IMG/VR virus record: IMGVR_UViG_3300024270_000052
DNA length: 64,000 nucleotides
Origin: a virus
Lineage: Duplodnaviria; Heunggongvirae; Uroviricota; Caudoviricetes
Direction: 5' to 3' (one strand)
A program made the translations under genes and the position numbers. This document shows positions 1 to 11,461 of the stretch, in pieces. How positions within the stretch are numbered: the first letter of the stretch is position 1; each line of letters opens with the position of its first letter. Under the pieces are notes generated by a model. That model made no database searches. It was not told the DNA's origin and saw only the letters and a program-made list of their open reading frames with translations.

Positions 1-1183
1 CTTATTAATACTAATTTATCTTTAGCTCTTGTGATTGCTGTATATAACCATTTTTGATGTTCTTCTTTATTGAATGGAAATCTTTCTTCAAATACTAAAA
101 CTTTATTCCATTCACTACCTTGTGCTTTATGACAGGTAATAGCATAAGCATATGCAAAATCATATGGTGGCTCTAAATCACAATTTTTATTTTTTTTCAT
201 TTTATATATTTCAATTGGAGTTAATGTTGAAGTATTATTAACTAAATAATTATAATCAATTGGAATATTCATAAAAGTATCATCTTCAAAATCCATATGA
301 GTCATCATATATTCAATTGGTGCCGTTCTAATATATCTAAATGTATATTTATTTTGTTTAAAAAAAGAATCTATTGTTCCAATAGAGCCATTTGTGAGTG
401 GCCAATTTCCATTAGCAGAATAGAATTCCCAATGATTAGATAGACTGATAATCTTATCTCCGACACATGGCTCTGGGCCATATCCCTTTTTTTCTCTAAT
501 AAAATTATTTATGTAATTTCTTGTATCATTAGTGGCGCAAAGAATTTGGTCTGCCCAATCATACATTCCAGTACAAATTTCGTTTTTAGAAAATAATTTT
601 ACTTGTTCTCCTAATGCTTGAAAGCTACTTAAAGGCTTACCCTCTCTTACATGCATTGATAGTCTAATAATTTCACTATCTTGCGCTTGCCGCATAATTT
701 CATCAAGAAAAATATGCGGATTATCTAATACATGATTATTGTCTTCTGGATTTACAGGTGGTAACTGGCCGGGGTCGCCGCAAGCTAATACATATATTTT
801 ATGACTTAATAACAAATCCCACATAGGCTTAGGTAACATAGATACTTCATCAACAACAATTACTTTATAAGCATCTTCTAAGTTTTTCCGTGGTTCATGA
901 ATAAACTTTCCACTTGGTAATTGTTTAGAATAATAAAGTAATTTATGCGCAGTAGTAGCATTATAGCATCCTTTTTGTTTAAGAACAGTAGCTGCTTTAC
1001 CAGTAAAAGCTATATAACAAACTTCAGTTACTGGGTCTACTGGTAAAGCTGAAATAATATATTTAATTAAAGTACTTTTACCACTACCAGCATATCCTGA
1101 AATTATAGTATATGGTTCTTTATCAAAATATCTTTTAATAGAAATAGTTAAACCTTCTGTTTGTTTATTTGTTAATATCATTT
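1..1183 (-). CDS. SF1 DNA helicase, Dda/RecD-like (C-terminal part; continues beyond the window start)
   Basis: Minus-strand reading frame open to the window edge, start ATG near 1183. Walker A 'GYAGSGKST', Walker B 'VIVVDEVSM', motif VI-like 'ITCHKAQGSEW'. Absent from the ORF track only because it has no upstream stop inside the window. Confidence 0.7.
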
Positions 1184-1417
1184 TTAATCCTCTTTATTAT
1201 TTACATGAGCATGTACTAATTGTTCTAAACAATTATAAAAGTGCATTTTTTGAGTTTCTGCTTGATTATGTTCTTGTTCATAATCATGACTACGCTCTGC
1301 TTTTAATCTAGCAACTTCGTCACAGAGAATAGCATATCTAAAATAAATGCTATCAAAACCAAAATCTAATCTATCTTTATATAAATTTTCTAATGCTTTT
1401 TCCTCTATTGTAATCAT
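1184..1417 (-). CDS. hypothetical protein (77 aa)
   Basis: Complete ORF in the track, in the operon-like minus-strand series. No recognisable motif. Confidence 0.4.
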   Translation of the reverse strand: MITIEEKALENLYKDRLDFGFDSIYFRYAILCDEVARLKAERSHDYEQEHNQAETQKMHFYNCLEQLVHAHVNNKED

Positions 1418-1773
1418 AAGTTAAACTCCTTTATAAAATTTTCGTACCATTTATCAATTTGCTCAAAAATTTCTAAATCACTTTTTTCTTTTGGTTTCTC
1501 GGTCTCAGCTTCCAACACCGGCCGGAGCAATTTTTCCTCCATTAAATAGACAGTATTCATTATATGGTCATATGTAAGCAATTTATTTTCAGTATCATTA
1601 ATCCTAGCATCTAAATTTCTCACCTAATCTTCTATTGTGTCTATACGACCGTAACGACCAAGTGCTTTAACTATATCTGTAACTTCATATAATGAAATTC
1701 TATATTTATCTTCAAATTGATTTTCAAACCATGTGAAATTATCTTCACCAAGCTTTATTTGAGTTTGTATCAT
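1414..1773 (-). CDS. hypothetical protein with one in-frame TAG
   Basis: ATG at 1773; the frame runs through CTA at 1624-1626 (TAG on minus) straight into track ORF 1414..1623. Upstream part reads MIQTQIKLGEDNFTWFENQFEDKYRISLYEVTDIVKALGRYGRIDTIED(TAG)VRNLDARIND... Confidence 0.45.
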
Positions 1774-1800
1774 AAATATATTTACCCCTCACTTATTATT

Positions 1801-1842
1801 ATTTCTATATATATTATATCATATTTTTTTATAAAAATCAAA
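1801..1842 (-). promoter_or_regulatory. conserved sigma70-type promoter cassette (copy 1)
   Basis: Plus-strand 'tttctatatatattatatcatatttttttataaaaatcaa'. On the minus strand: -35 TTGATT (1836-41), 17-nt spacer, extended -10 TGATATAAT (1813-21). Confidence 0.6.
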
Positions 1843-1844
1843 AA

Positions 1845-1864
1845 GGGAAGATTTTATTCTTCCC
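1845..1864 (-). terminator. rho-independent terminator
   Basis: GGGAAG..(8)..CTTCCC stem followed by a T-run on the minus strand; fused to promoter copy 1. Confidence 0.5.
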
Positions 1865-2684
1865 TTACAAAATATTCATATGCTTTTAAAGCATTTGTTT
1901 TTCTTACAGAATAATAAGCAGAATTGCAACGTTCATAACTTTTAGCAAAAGCTAGTGCTACTTCTTGAGCATCTTGTAATGCTAAAAACTTTTCATATGA
2001 AAAATCTTTTTGATAAGCGCGCCCAAAAGTATTAATTTCATATTCAATAGTATCTCTTAAAAAATCACATTGCTCTTGTAAACTTCCACCCACAATAGAA
2101 CTATAATATGTGGTATTCCATTGGCACATTCCATAATGAACTTTGCCACCATATAGCCAATATTGAATATCTAAAGTATTACCTCCAACTTCAGCCATTA
2201 TATTTCCTAAAATACCAGCAATTACATAATTATTATATCCTAAATTTTTTAAATATAACCAAATTTCTGTTGCTACTGGATAATCTGTTTTTCTTTCTAA
2301 CCAGAAATTATAATCATTTGTATATTTAGTATATAATTCATGTGCTTCTTCCCATTCTCTTTTGGCTAATTGAATAATTAAATGATTATCTTCATATCTA
2401 AGAGCCCGAGCCATTTCTGCCATTTGATGAGCAATTTCTTTTTTATCCTGATAGTAAGAAATTTTTGTTGTTAAAATTTCTAAATCATCGGTTTCAATAT
2501 ATTCATGTGGAATAGTTTTTTCTGTTGAATATACTGGTTCACATTCTTCAGCCGGTACATCAGCTACACAAGTTGAAACTGGTGATAATATAATTGGTTC
2601 ATCAGCTTTAATTAAAGTAGTATTTGGATTTATGTGAAAGAAAATAGATAAAGTTAAAGTGAATACAATAATATATTTTTTCAT
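1854..2684 (-). CDS. secreted protein with lysozyme-like domain (putative peptidoglycan hydrolase)
   Basis: Likely start at internal Met (MKKYIIVFTLTLSIFFHINP, signal-peptide-like). Motif 'AGILGNIMAEVGG...GMCQWN' resembles phage tail-lysozyme / lysozyme-like families and the N-terminal domain of ORF 22390..23063. The call rests on motif resemblance only. Confidence 0.4.
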   Translation of the reverse strand: MKKYIIVFTLTLSIFFHINPNTTLIKADEPIILSPVSTCVADVPAEECEPVYSTEKTIPHEYIETDDLEILTTKISYYQDKKEIAHQMAEMARALRYEDNHLIIQLAKREWEEAHELYTKYTNDYNFWLERKTDYPVATEIWLYLKNLGYNNYVIAGILGNIMAEVGGNTLDIQYWLYGGKVHYGMCQWNTTYYSSIVGGSLQEQCDFLRDTIEYEINTFGRAYQKDFSYEKFLALQDAQEVALAFAKSYERCNSAYYSVRKTNALKAYEYFVREE

Positions 2685-2722
2685 AATTTTTCTCCTAATA
2701 TTTCTATTAGGTCTATCGTGTT

Positions 2723-3067
2723 TTAAAAATAGTATGTTTGTTTTCCTGTAATTTCGTAATCTTCTATAATAATTTGCGGACTTACAATACCATTCCAAAT
2801 ATTTCGCTCGCATTTGCCAACGATATTAATTGTTACACAACCTAAATTAGAATATAAAGATTCATATTCTTCTTTAGACGACCTGAATTTAATTAAACTC
2901 ATCCCATTTGGAAGTGTAATCTTTAGAGTAGGATTTTTATCTTCAGACATTAACTTTAAATTTTCATTATTAATTTTAATATTTTCAATCGCAATTAATG
3001 GTTCTTCTACTCCTTGACCCCAAATTGTTTTTAAGTTGGCTAATTCTAAAACATCATTAACATTCAT
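2723..3067 (-). CDS. hypothetical protein (114 aa)
   Basis: Track ORF directly downstream of the DHH gene on the same strand. May be a separate OB-like accessory protein. Confidence 0.35.
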   Translation of the reverse strand: MNVNDVLELANLKTIWGQGVEEPLIAIENIKINNENLKLMSEDKNPTLKITLPNGMSLIKFRSSKEEYESLYSNLGCVTINIVGKCERNIWNGIVSPQIIIEDYEITGKQTYYF

Positions 3068-4467
3068 GTCATTATGATTAAAAATATAATCAACTTTATA
3101 ACAGGGATAAACTCAAAATCCTTTAAATTATCATTAGCATATTCAATAAACTTATCAATTCTATCATTTGTAAAAGCGCATCCAAAGGCTTGAGCATGAC
3201 CTTCCGCAAATTCGTCAAGATGGCTTGATATAATAAATTCTCTAAAATTATCAAATTTAGAATTACTTAAACCTCTACCAGAACCTTCCCAAGAATTATC
3301 ATCTTGTTCATTTAAAAGTAATACTGGCTTTTGATATTTAGACATTAATTGATTTGCGATTAAGCCTGTTAAATTCTTATCAATAGAATATTTTTTTGGT
3401 AATTGAATTACTAAAATTTTATTTTTTAAAAGATTTTGTTCTTGAATGAGATTTTCAATTATTTCCAAGCTCGTGTCTCTTGCTTTAGTTTGTCTATTTT
3501 TAATATTAGAGCAATTACGACAAGCTTGTTCTACCCTTGTCTCTGTTTGACCTTGACATCCACGCTTAGTTGAAGAAATCATTTTATAACCTAAATGGTC
3601 TAACATAGATTCAAATAGAATTAGCTTTTCATTTTGCGTGCCAACCCGAATGGTTGCGTTGACATAAGGAGCAATATAAAAAGCTATACCGAATGGTGTT
3701 AACTCACCTTTTAATGAAAAGGCTTGTTTATCTACCATTCCTTTAAAAAATGGATTACGAACTTGTTTAATACCACATCTAATTAAATGTGTAGTTTCAA
3801 AATCTCGTAAATCCATCATATCTGCTACCATACCAAGAGCAACTAAATCAAGAAATTGATTAGCATAATCTACATCTAAAAGTTCATCAATATATGAACA
3901 AAATTTATAAACCATACCAACACCAGACAGTGATTTTGTAGGATAATCACATAGTTGATTATTAATTACGCAGGCATCTTCACATTCATATTCAGCTTCA
4001 TGATGGTCAATAACTAATACATCTATATTTTTAGATTTTAATTCTTTACATTCATCATAGCTATTGGAACTAGAATCTGGAGCAATAACTAATTTAATGT
4101 TATTAGTAATAGTTTCTGGAATTATACCATGCTGTTTTCCAGTATGTAATCTATAGTAGATATGATTTGACACAAAAGATGGAAATAAACAATTTAAATA
4201 GTTTATAAGAGCGGCAGCGCTTGTGAAGCCATCAGCATCACTATCTACTTGAATCATTATATCATCATTTTGTGCTATATGTTTAATAAGCATTTTAGCT
4301 CCATTATTAATATTTTTAATTAAAGAAGGAGATAAAATGTCATTATCAGTTGTATTGAGGTAATGCTATACCTCTGCCAGAGGAATTCCTCTATTTGTTA
4401 ATACTCTCTATACCGCAGTTAATTTTATTTTTTGTGGAATAGATGAATCTATAAGCTTATATTCCAT
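3064..4467 (-). CDS. DHH-family phosphoesterase (RecJ/NrnA-like) with two in-frame TAG codons
   Basis: DHH motif 'VIDHHEAEYE' and DHHA1-like 'AEGHAQAFG'. The ATG at 4467 is in frame with the track ORF through CTA at 4408-4410 and 4366-4368 (N-terminus MEYKLIDSSIPQKIKLTAV(TAG)RVLTNRGIPLAEV(TAG)HYLNTTDNDILSPS...). Confidence 0.65.
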
Positions 4468-4483
4468 ATTTATCACTCCTATT

Positions 4484-4786
4484 TTAATAGAAATTATAAG
4501 CAGTAAAAGGAGGAGCGCTTGTACTAGGTCTAATGATATTATGTCTTATTTCTACTGGAATATTATTATCTATATAAGATATATTACATTTAACGCCACG
4601 ACTTAATTCAGTAGCTTTTTTTACCATCCAGTAATCGCCATTAGTAAAATGTACTTCATATTTATATTTATTACATTGTACATCTTCAATAATATTTTCA
4701 CCATAATATCGTACATAACTGTCTATAATTTCAGTTAATTTATTACAAGCATATTCAAATGTATTTCCCCAAACTATACCTTTCAT
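4484..4786 (-). CDS. hypothetical protein (100 aa)
   Basis: Complete track ORF between the primase and the DHH gene. Confidence 0.4.
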   Translation of the reverse strand: MKGIVWGNTFEYACNKLTEIIDSYVRYYGENIIEDVQCNKYKYEVHFTNGDYWMVKKATELSRGVKCNISYIDNNIPVEIRHNIIRPSTSAPPFTAYNFY

Positions 4787-5883
4787 AAAATTATTCTCTC
4801 CTTAAACAATTGTAAAAATTTATCCATTCCTTCATCTATTGGACTTGCTTTATAATTAGTTATCATATTTTTATCAAAAATAAATGAAATATTTACAAAA
4901 TTCTTATATTTAGAATATAATTGTAATAAATTCTTTTTTAAGTGTTTAAATTCATCATCGCCTATTTGTTGAAATTGTCTGTCAAAAGCAACAATAATTT
5001 CTTGCACTCCCATTTCTATTAATAATTGAATTTGATAAGATGAAATACTACTACCACAACAAGAAACACTAATATCATTTTCTTCACCGAAATAAGAACG
5101 ATATAAAAGATTAGATTTTTCGCCTTCAAACACAATAGCTTTTTTCATAATTTTAATATTATCTTTACTGTGATTTAAATTGTATAAATTCATTCCAAGA
5201 GGATGATTATATAACTGTTTATTAACTTTAATTGGCCTATATTTTCCATATCGTTCAGCATCATCGGCGCAAAGTGTGCGGCCGCGCAGCCCCACGAATC
5301 TATTATCTTTATCAAAATGAGGAATCGTGATTTGGTCGCCTCCTGGATAATAACCAATACGAGCATTTTTCATTGTCTCTAAACTAATTCCTTCTTTAAT
5401 CCAAGGACTAATTATTACATTATAATTAAATCTATCAAGAATATTATTATCATATTCTTTTAAAATAATATTATTAGTTTTTAATTCAATTTCTTGAATT
5501 CGTTCATAATTAGAAAAATATTTCCAATCTTCTAAATCAGATTGATTATCTTCTTCTATAGAACCAGAAATACCAAATTTTTGAGCAATCCAACGAATAG
5601 CATCATTTAAATCAAATACTTGATTATGTTGAATTTTCATAATTTTTATAACTAATTCAAAAATATCAAAATAAGCATCACAACCAGTATAACATTTAAA
5701 TAAATTACTATTTTCATAATAATATAATTTTCTACTTCCTTCTCCGGGGTAATTATGGCAAATGGTGGAGGATAAAATGCCAAAATTTGAATATTCTGGT
5801 TCTCCTCCCCATTCTTGTAATAAATCATATATATTATGAATTGTTAAATTATCTCTAATTTCATTCTTATCAAATACTATCAT
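4783..5883 (-). CDS. DNA primase (DnaG-like zinc-binding + TOPRIM)
   Basis: CHC2-type zinc ribbon 'CHNYPGEGSRKLYYYENSNLFKCYTGCDAYFD'. TOPRIM-like 'AIVFEGEKSN' and 'IIVAFDRQ...GDDE'. Adjacent to a DnaB-like helicase. Confidence 0.5.
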   Translation of the reverse strand: MIVFDKNEIRDNLTIHNIYDLLQEWGGEPEYSNFGILSSTICHNYPGEGSRKLYYYENSNLFKCYTGCDAYFDIFELVIKIMKIQHNQVFDLNDAIRWIAQKFGISGSIEEDNQSDLEDWKYFSNYERIQEIELKTNNIILKEYDNNILDRFNYNVIISPWIKEGISLETMKNARIGYYPGGDQITIPHFDKDNRFVGLRGRTLCADDAERYGKYRPIKVNKQLYNHPLGMNLYNLNHSKDNIKIMKKAIVFEGEKSNLLYRSYFGEENDISVSCCGSSISSYQIQLLIEMGVQEIIVAFDRQFQQIGDDEFKHLKKNLLQLYSKYKNFVNISFIFDKNMITNYKASPIDEGMDKFLQLFKERIIL

Positions 5884-6056
5884 TAAAAAGTTAATACGCG
5901 GGTAACAGGTCTAAGAAGACCATATTGCTCATTGACTACCTTACAAAGATATTCATTAGGACGCATTTTCTTATCAAGCCCATCACGACTTCTTAAAAGT
6001 TCCTTAGCTAATTCTTCAGGCATCTTATACTCAAAATAAGCATTCTTGTTTTCCAT
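5883..6056 (-). CDS. small hypothetical protein (57 aa)
   Basis: ATG at 6056; its TAA overlaps the primase ATG (TAATG). Below the track's 60-aa cut-off. Confidence 0.3.
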   Translation of the reverse strand: MENKNAYFEYKMPEELAKELLRSRDGLDKKMRPNEYLCKVVNEQYGLLRPVTRVLTF

Positions 6057-6070
6057 AATTATTACCTCTC

Positions 6071-7612
6071 TTATTCATTATATTCAAAAGCTGATTCTTC
6101 ATCTAATTTAATTTTGATATCTTTCATATCTATTAATTCATAATCATATGAAGTACAAAACATAGGTTGAATTCTACAACAACCCAAATCTGCTTTACAC
6201 CATAAATAAACACCTTTATAACGTCCTCGTCTATTTTTATAAACAGACAATTTAATTGTGGGTTTATCAAAAACATTAGTTGCTAAAATTGTTTCTAAAG
6301 CTTGAATATCTTCTTCTTTTACATTTAATAAAATCGCACCCACGTCAATTTTATCGGCAATTGCTTTAGCACCTCTCAGTAATGTTTGGTCTGGAGTTTT
6401 TGATTCGGCAAAATCACCATTTAACTGCGTTGCTGACATAATAAACACTCCATATTGATTACAAATATCTTTTAATCGTGTAGATAACATAAATAAAATA
6501 TTATCTTCACGCAATTTAATACCGCCACTTCTTCGCGTTATTTCTTCAAGAATTTTTAAACTTGTATGAATATAGTCATGAAAAATATAATATACATCAT
6601 GGTCACGAATATTTCTTTTAATTGTATTTTCTACATCTTTTAAAGAAAAATCTGGCAATTCTTCTACATAAAGTGGAGCATTAGATAAGATTTTAGCTGC
6701 TTCTAAAACCCTTTCTTCTTCATTACCATCATATTGACCATTTAAAATATGCTCTTCATTAACATTAGATATAAAAGCTAACATCATAGTTTGAACTTCT
6801 TCAAGTTCCTGTTCTGTTGTAATGAACAATACTGGTCTATTAACACCACAACTAATCCATCCAAAAGATTCATCATAAATTTTATTACAAGCAATATAAC
6901 AAGCATCAGCTATCATACTTCTTGTTTTTCCAACACCTGTAGCTGCTGAACGCAAATAAAATTTTTTTAATCTTGCTCCACGAGTAACTGTATTAATCAA
7001 TGGTCCATATAATGGAACACCAACTTCTGGATGTTGTTTAAATTTATCAATCAATTCAAAAATTCCATCGGCGGCTTGACTGGCTTCTCCATCACTATCA
7101 TCCACATATTGAAGTCTAATATTATCAATTTTTTTATCAACTTGGTCAGCAATCTCTTCAAGATTTACATTATCCAACCAATCTTCTTGAATTTGTTTCT
7201 TTTTTACATCAAGAATATTATTTGGGTCATATAAATCAGAAATATCAATGCCGCAATTATCATAAGCTCTTAAAAGAGTGAACTTTTTTAATCTATTATA
7301 ATAATAATCAAATGTTGAACTCATACAAGTTTCAGCAGCTTTTAAAATCCACTCTTCACCTTTTTGTTGTTTATATATTGCCGCACTTTTTGGTCTATTG
7401 GATAGAAAATCTGATATATTTTCTAATGTAATTTTTTTTGCTCCCAATTCATAAATTTTATAAATTGCTCCAAAAATTATACGATGGAATTCATCTGGAA
7501 AATCTTCATCTGTAATAATATATTTATCAGTAAAATCTAAAATTTGCGGTGTATTATATACACATCCAATTACTTGAATAATTGCTTGTATATCTACATA
7601 TTGTGATGCCAT
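6071..7612 (-). CDS. dnaB: replicative DNA helicase, DnaB-like
   Basis: 513 aa. DnaB N-terminal domain-like start, RecA-fold core with Walker A 'SAATGVGKT'. No TAG codons. Confidence 0.75.
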   Translation of the reverse strand: MASQYVDIQAIIQVIGCVYNTPQILDFTDKYIITDEDFPDEFHRIIFGAIYKIYELGAKKITLENISDFLSNRPKSAAIYKQQKGEEWILKAAETCMSSTFDYYYNRLKKFTLLRAYDNCGIDISDLYDPNNILDVKKKQIQEDWLDNVNLEEIADQVDKKIDNIRLQYVDDSDGEASQAADGIFELIDKFKQHPEVGVPLYGPLINTVTRGARLKKFYLRSAATGVGKTRSMIADACYIACNKIYDESFGWISCGVNRPVLFITTEQELEEVQTMMLAFISNVNEEHILNGQYDGNEEERVLEAAKILSNAPLYVEELPDFSLKDVENTIKRNIRDHDVYYIFHDYIHTSLKILEEITRRSGGIKLREDNILFMLSTRLKDICNQYGVFIMSATQLNGDFAESKTPDQTLLRGAKAIADKIDVGAILLNVKEEDIQALETILATNVFDKPTIKLSVYKNRRGRYKGVYLWCKADLGCCRIQPMFCTSYDYELIDMKDIKIKLDEESAFEYNE

Positions 7613-7626
7613 TAAACATCATCCTC

Positions 7627-8142
7627 CTATTCTTCATCCAAAAACGTAAATAATTTTCTTTTTGGCTTAATTTTTCGTTTTGGAATTGGAATAATTATTT
7701 CTTGTACTTCCGGCACATATTCTTTAATTACTTTATTTTCATTTTTTTGTTTAGCTTCCCATAAGCTATAATAATAATTAAAAGCATTTTGATACACATA
7801 TGGAACTATACCTATACCACCATTTGCTTTTTCAATATCACCATTTTTAACTTCATAATGATAAACTAATGCTTTTTGAATTCCAGAATATGTATATTTA
7901 TAATTATTTATATATTCATTAATTTGTTTACGAATACGAGCATCCACATATGAAATATTAAATAATTTCATAATATAATTTTCTAAATCATTTTTTTCTT
8001 TTTCAAGTTGTTCTTGTTCTTTTTGCTTTAAATCAAAACAATTTTTATGAGCATACCGACGAGAACTAGTATTTATATATTGTTCTGTATTAGCATCAAA
8101 TTGCTAACCGCAAATAGAACATTTTACTAAATGTTTAGCCAT
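7627..8142 (-). CDS. zinc-finger protein, one in-frame TAG
   Basis: ATG at 8142; CTA at 8104-8106. N-terminus MAKHLVKCSICG(TAG)QFDANTEQYINTSSRRYAHKNCF shows a C2HC-like arrangement. Continuous with track ORF 7627..7971. Confidence 0.4.
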
Positions 8143-8162
8143 TGAATACTCCTTTCATTTTT

Positions 8163-8207
8163 ATATTTTATATAAATATTATACCATATTTTTATATAAA
8201 AATCAAG
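8163..8207 (-). promoter_or_regulatory. promoter cassette (degenerate copy)
   Basis: 'tatattttatataaatattataccatatttttatataaaaatcaa'; -10 TGGTATAAT. Confidence 0.45.
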
Positions 8208-8239
8208 GCAAGATTTTTCAACCTTGCCTTTTATATTTA

Positions 8240-9229
8240 TTAACCAAGTAATTCGTCTTTAATTTCCAAAACAATCAAATGAATAAATTCAGCTTGGTCT
8301 CTAGTTGTTTCAGCAATTTTCTTACCCTTACCAAGATATTTATCAATAATCTGAGTAATACGAGGACCAAAGAAATTGGGGTCTTTATTCATTAAATCAC
8401 CGACAATAGCTTGGAATTCAGCCATAAGAGCATCGTAATCATATTCATTAAGAATTACATCAGCATTTCTCTCATTTGTAACATAAGCATTGTTGGTTGC
8501 GGCGGCTTCCTTATCAATAGCCTCAGTAAGAGCAGCGGTAAGTGCGTCATAAGTAAAATCAATTTCAGAAGCAATATACTTAAAACGACAACCACAGCGG
8601 ACACTATTATCACTAGAACGAAGCGTTAATACCATACGAGTATTTCCGTTATCATCAACTTTAGGATGCGCATAACCAATAATGTCACTCATATTTTCAA
8701 TAATAGCAAGAGCAGAAGACTGGATAGAAGAACCAATTTGCTGATATTCTTTAGAATTCTGCGGAGAAATTGTCTTTTCTTTATCATGAGAAATAAATAC
8801 TACCGCATAACCCAATTGAGTTAAAGTTCTAAAAACATCTTCAAATTCTTTCTTATACTTAGACCAACCATTGGTACTCCAACCGCCATCACCAATATTT
8901 TCAATACCAAGCTGATTACAGATATATTTCTGACAGCATTCAGCAGCAATATCGGCAGTATCAACAATAATACTCTTATAAACTTCCTTTACTTCTGGCC
9001 TCTTTAATTCACGAACTACCTACTTCATATCGCCCCAGCTAGTAATATCCTGAGCGATTACACCAGGTAGAGCATTATATCCTCGCTCAAAAGCAAGAAG
9101 TAGTGCTCCAGGCATCTTTGAGCCAAATGTGGTTTTACCACACTTGGCAGGCCCATAAATAAAGGTAATATAGCCACTCAAATCGCGGCTTACTTTGTGA
9201 GGAGTCAAACCTAAAAGATTAATAGCCAT
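8240..9229 (-). CDS. RecA-like AAA ATPase (AAA_24 / Sak4-like), one in-frame TAG
   Basis: Walker A 'IYGPAKCGKTT', Walker B 'IIVDTAD'. Track ORFs 9020..9229 and 8240..8815 are joined in frame through CTA at 9020-9022 (...WGDMK(TAG)VVRELKRPE...). GGAGG RBS before the ATG at 9229. Confidence 0.7.
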
Positions 9230-9249
9230 TTTTAATTACCTCCATTTAA

Positions 9250-10182
9250 TTAAAACTTAAAAGTATCATTAGAAGCAGCCTGCGGAATCGCATTCTGACT
9301 AGCCTTATATTCTTCCTGACGCTGCTTAACAGTAGCCAGATAAGTTTCACGAGCAGCCATTGCTTCCTTCAATTCAGTAGCAGTAATACCACTATCATCA
9401 TCCCAAAGATAAGGCTCCTTGGCAGCACCAGTAATTACAAAATCACGATGAGAAGTAGGCGTTTCCTTAACGAGAGTATCACCAAACGCAGATTCCTCAG
9501 TAGTCTTTTTTACAATAGTTTCAGAAATCTAACGACCCCAAATCTTTGTAAACACAGGATTACTCTTAGAAGCATTCAAATCTTCAAAATAATTCATTGC
9601 ATTAGGATTAAGTGCAGTAAATTCAAAAGGAAGAAGTGCCTTACTAAAATCAAAAATATAACCCTTAACAACTACCTTTTCAGGCTGCTCCTTTTCAGGA
9701 TTTGCTTCAATACGTGCCGCACCCTCAATAAGCATATCGCATTCAAAAGTATTGCGAGTCTTTTCATCTTCTGCCAAACTATCAGTAAGATGTACAAAAC
9801 CGCCTTCATTGCGCTTAGCACTTACCAATTCATCTGTTCCATTTCTATTGGAATAAAATTCATTCAGTCCAAGAGCAGAATCAATTCTTACCTTACCTGC
9901 CTTATCAGGACCATCCTTCATATAAGTTCCAATAGCACCATCAATAATTGCTTTAAGAGTTGTATAGGTGGCATTCGGAGAACCCTTCTTTGTAGTTGCA
10001 GTTACATATGAAAAATGAACAGGAACAACATTAGTTACTGCGTTATCAGTTGCTACACTCAAAGTACCGGAAATAAATTCAGTTCCAGGATTCTTAGACT
10101 GCTTTCCAGAAACCTTAACTTCAAGAGCGTGTTCATAAATAATACCTTCAATATGTGTCTTATTAATAAGATTAGCTTTCAT
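9250..10182 (-). CDS. hypothetical protein (possible ssDNA-binding/recombination partner of the Sak4-like ATPase), one in-frame TAG
   Basis: Track ORF 9529..10182 continues through CTA at 9529-9531 to TAA at 9250-9252 (hand-verified codon by codon). Function inferred only from position next to the AAA_24 ATPase. Confidence 0.35.
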
Positions 10183-10213
10183 AATTTAATTTTCTCCTTA
10201 ATTAATACATTTT

Positions 10214-10579
10214 TTAATTAATTTCAATATTTTTTCCATTTTCAGTTAAAGAATAAATTGTGGGGTCTTGACCTACTTTTTCTACAAAGCCATCTGTTAC
10301 AAGTTTTCTCATAGCTCCTGAAACTGTTTTTGAAGAAATAAAAAGTCCTTCTCCAATATCCTTTGCTTTCCAATTTTCAGTATCAAGATTATCTTTCATA
10401 TACTGAAGAACAAGTTTACCATTGTCTGTAAACATTGGCTTCTCAGTTACCTCAATATTTTTAAATACTTTCCAATAAGCCAATGCTTCTTCGTTCATTG
10501 GAGTAGGATATGCTTCAATTGCCATTTCAACATACTTAATAAATTCTGCTTTTTTAGACATTTTAAAACTCACTTTCAA
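10214..10579 (-). CDS. winged-helix DNA-binding protein (putative regulator)
   Basis: 121 aa. C-terminal 'SSKTVSGAMRKLVTDGFVEK' HTH-like segment. Confidence 0.4.
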   Translation of the reverse strand: MKVSFKMSKKAEFIKYVEMAIEAYPTPMNEEALAYWKVFKNIEVTEKPMFTDNGKLVLQYMKDNLDTENWKAKDIGEGLFISSKTVSGAMRKLVTDGFVEKVGQDPTIYSLTENGKNIEIN

Positions 10580-10592
10580 ATTATCTTTTTTA

Positions 10593-10634
10593 ATTTTCTA
10601 TAAATATTATATCATATTTTTTTATAAAAATCAA
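10593..10634 (-). promoter_or_regulatory. promoter cassette copy
   Basis: 'aattttctataaatattatatcatatttttttataaaaatcaa'. Confidence 0.55.
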
Positions 10635-11459
10635 TTAAGAGTTTTTTAATTCATCAATAAAGATAAATTGTTGAGCATATGGAAGTGAGCGAGCCATTTT
10701 AATAAAACTTTCAGTTATAAAATCATCTCCATCGCCAGACCATTCAGTTAATTTGTGAAATCTACGCTGACTAGGAGAGCACATTGCATAAGCATTTTCA
10801 TATGTGAATGTACAAGTGCGTGTTTGAAGCCATGCTTGAGAATTCCATCTAACTAATTCTTTCCAATATCTTTTATCATTTGTATCATTATATCGCTGAC
10901 GTAAAAATTCAAGAAATGGAATTAAATGATTCTCTGCCATTAAGGCAATATCTGTATCTTCAATTTGAGGATTATAATCATCAGTTTCAAAGCAGTCAAT
11001 TGTAATTGGTTTGCTCGTAAGTTTATGCATAGTGCTTGTTGAATTAGCTACCGTTCCTACTTTGTAGGTGTCATATTCTTTCCACCAATATAGAGGAGCA
11101 GTAATGTCAACACAAACCATGATTTGCCGCATAAATTTACGGTGTTCAGAACCTGCTTTAATCAAAGTTTGCGCAAGTTTCATATCTTTTGGTCCAATAG
11201 CAGCATATTCATAAAGACCTCTATCTTCATATATAACTACATCTTTTAAAAATTTATCTAAATCTACAGAAGTAATAGTAGAACATTGTAATTCTTCATT
11301 GTAATTATGCTTATTTAAGACATCGGTTGCTACATCTACTACATTATCCCAATTACCTAAACCAAACTAACTATCACTTAAATGCCAAGACTCTTTAGGG
11401 TTGCGCATTCCACGCAGTGCGCCTTCAAAATTAAATACTCTAATATTTTCAAATTTCAC
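10635..11459 (-). CDS. hypothetical protein, weak ThyX-like resemblance, one in-frame TAG
   Basis: GTG at 11459 (AGGA upstream); CTA at 11367-11369; continuous with track ORF 10635..11183. Segment 'GSEHRKFMRQIMVCVDITAPLYWW' loosely resembles the ThyX core, but the RHR/SQRY motifs are not conserved. Confidence 0.3.
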
Positions 11460-11461
11460 TG

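Noticed and set aside
9250-10182. Annotating this gene as an SSB.
   Set aside because: Its position next to the Sak4-like ATPase is suggestive, but there is no OB-fold signature or acidic DDD-IPF tail. Left as hypothetical with a note.
10635-11459. Calling this gene ThyX (flavin-dependent thymidylate synthase).
   Set aside because: Only a loose resemblance around 'SEHRKF...V.V.DI.APLYWW'. The diagnostic RHR and S-x-x-x-S-Q-R-Y motifs are absent. Kept as hypothetical with a note.
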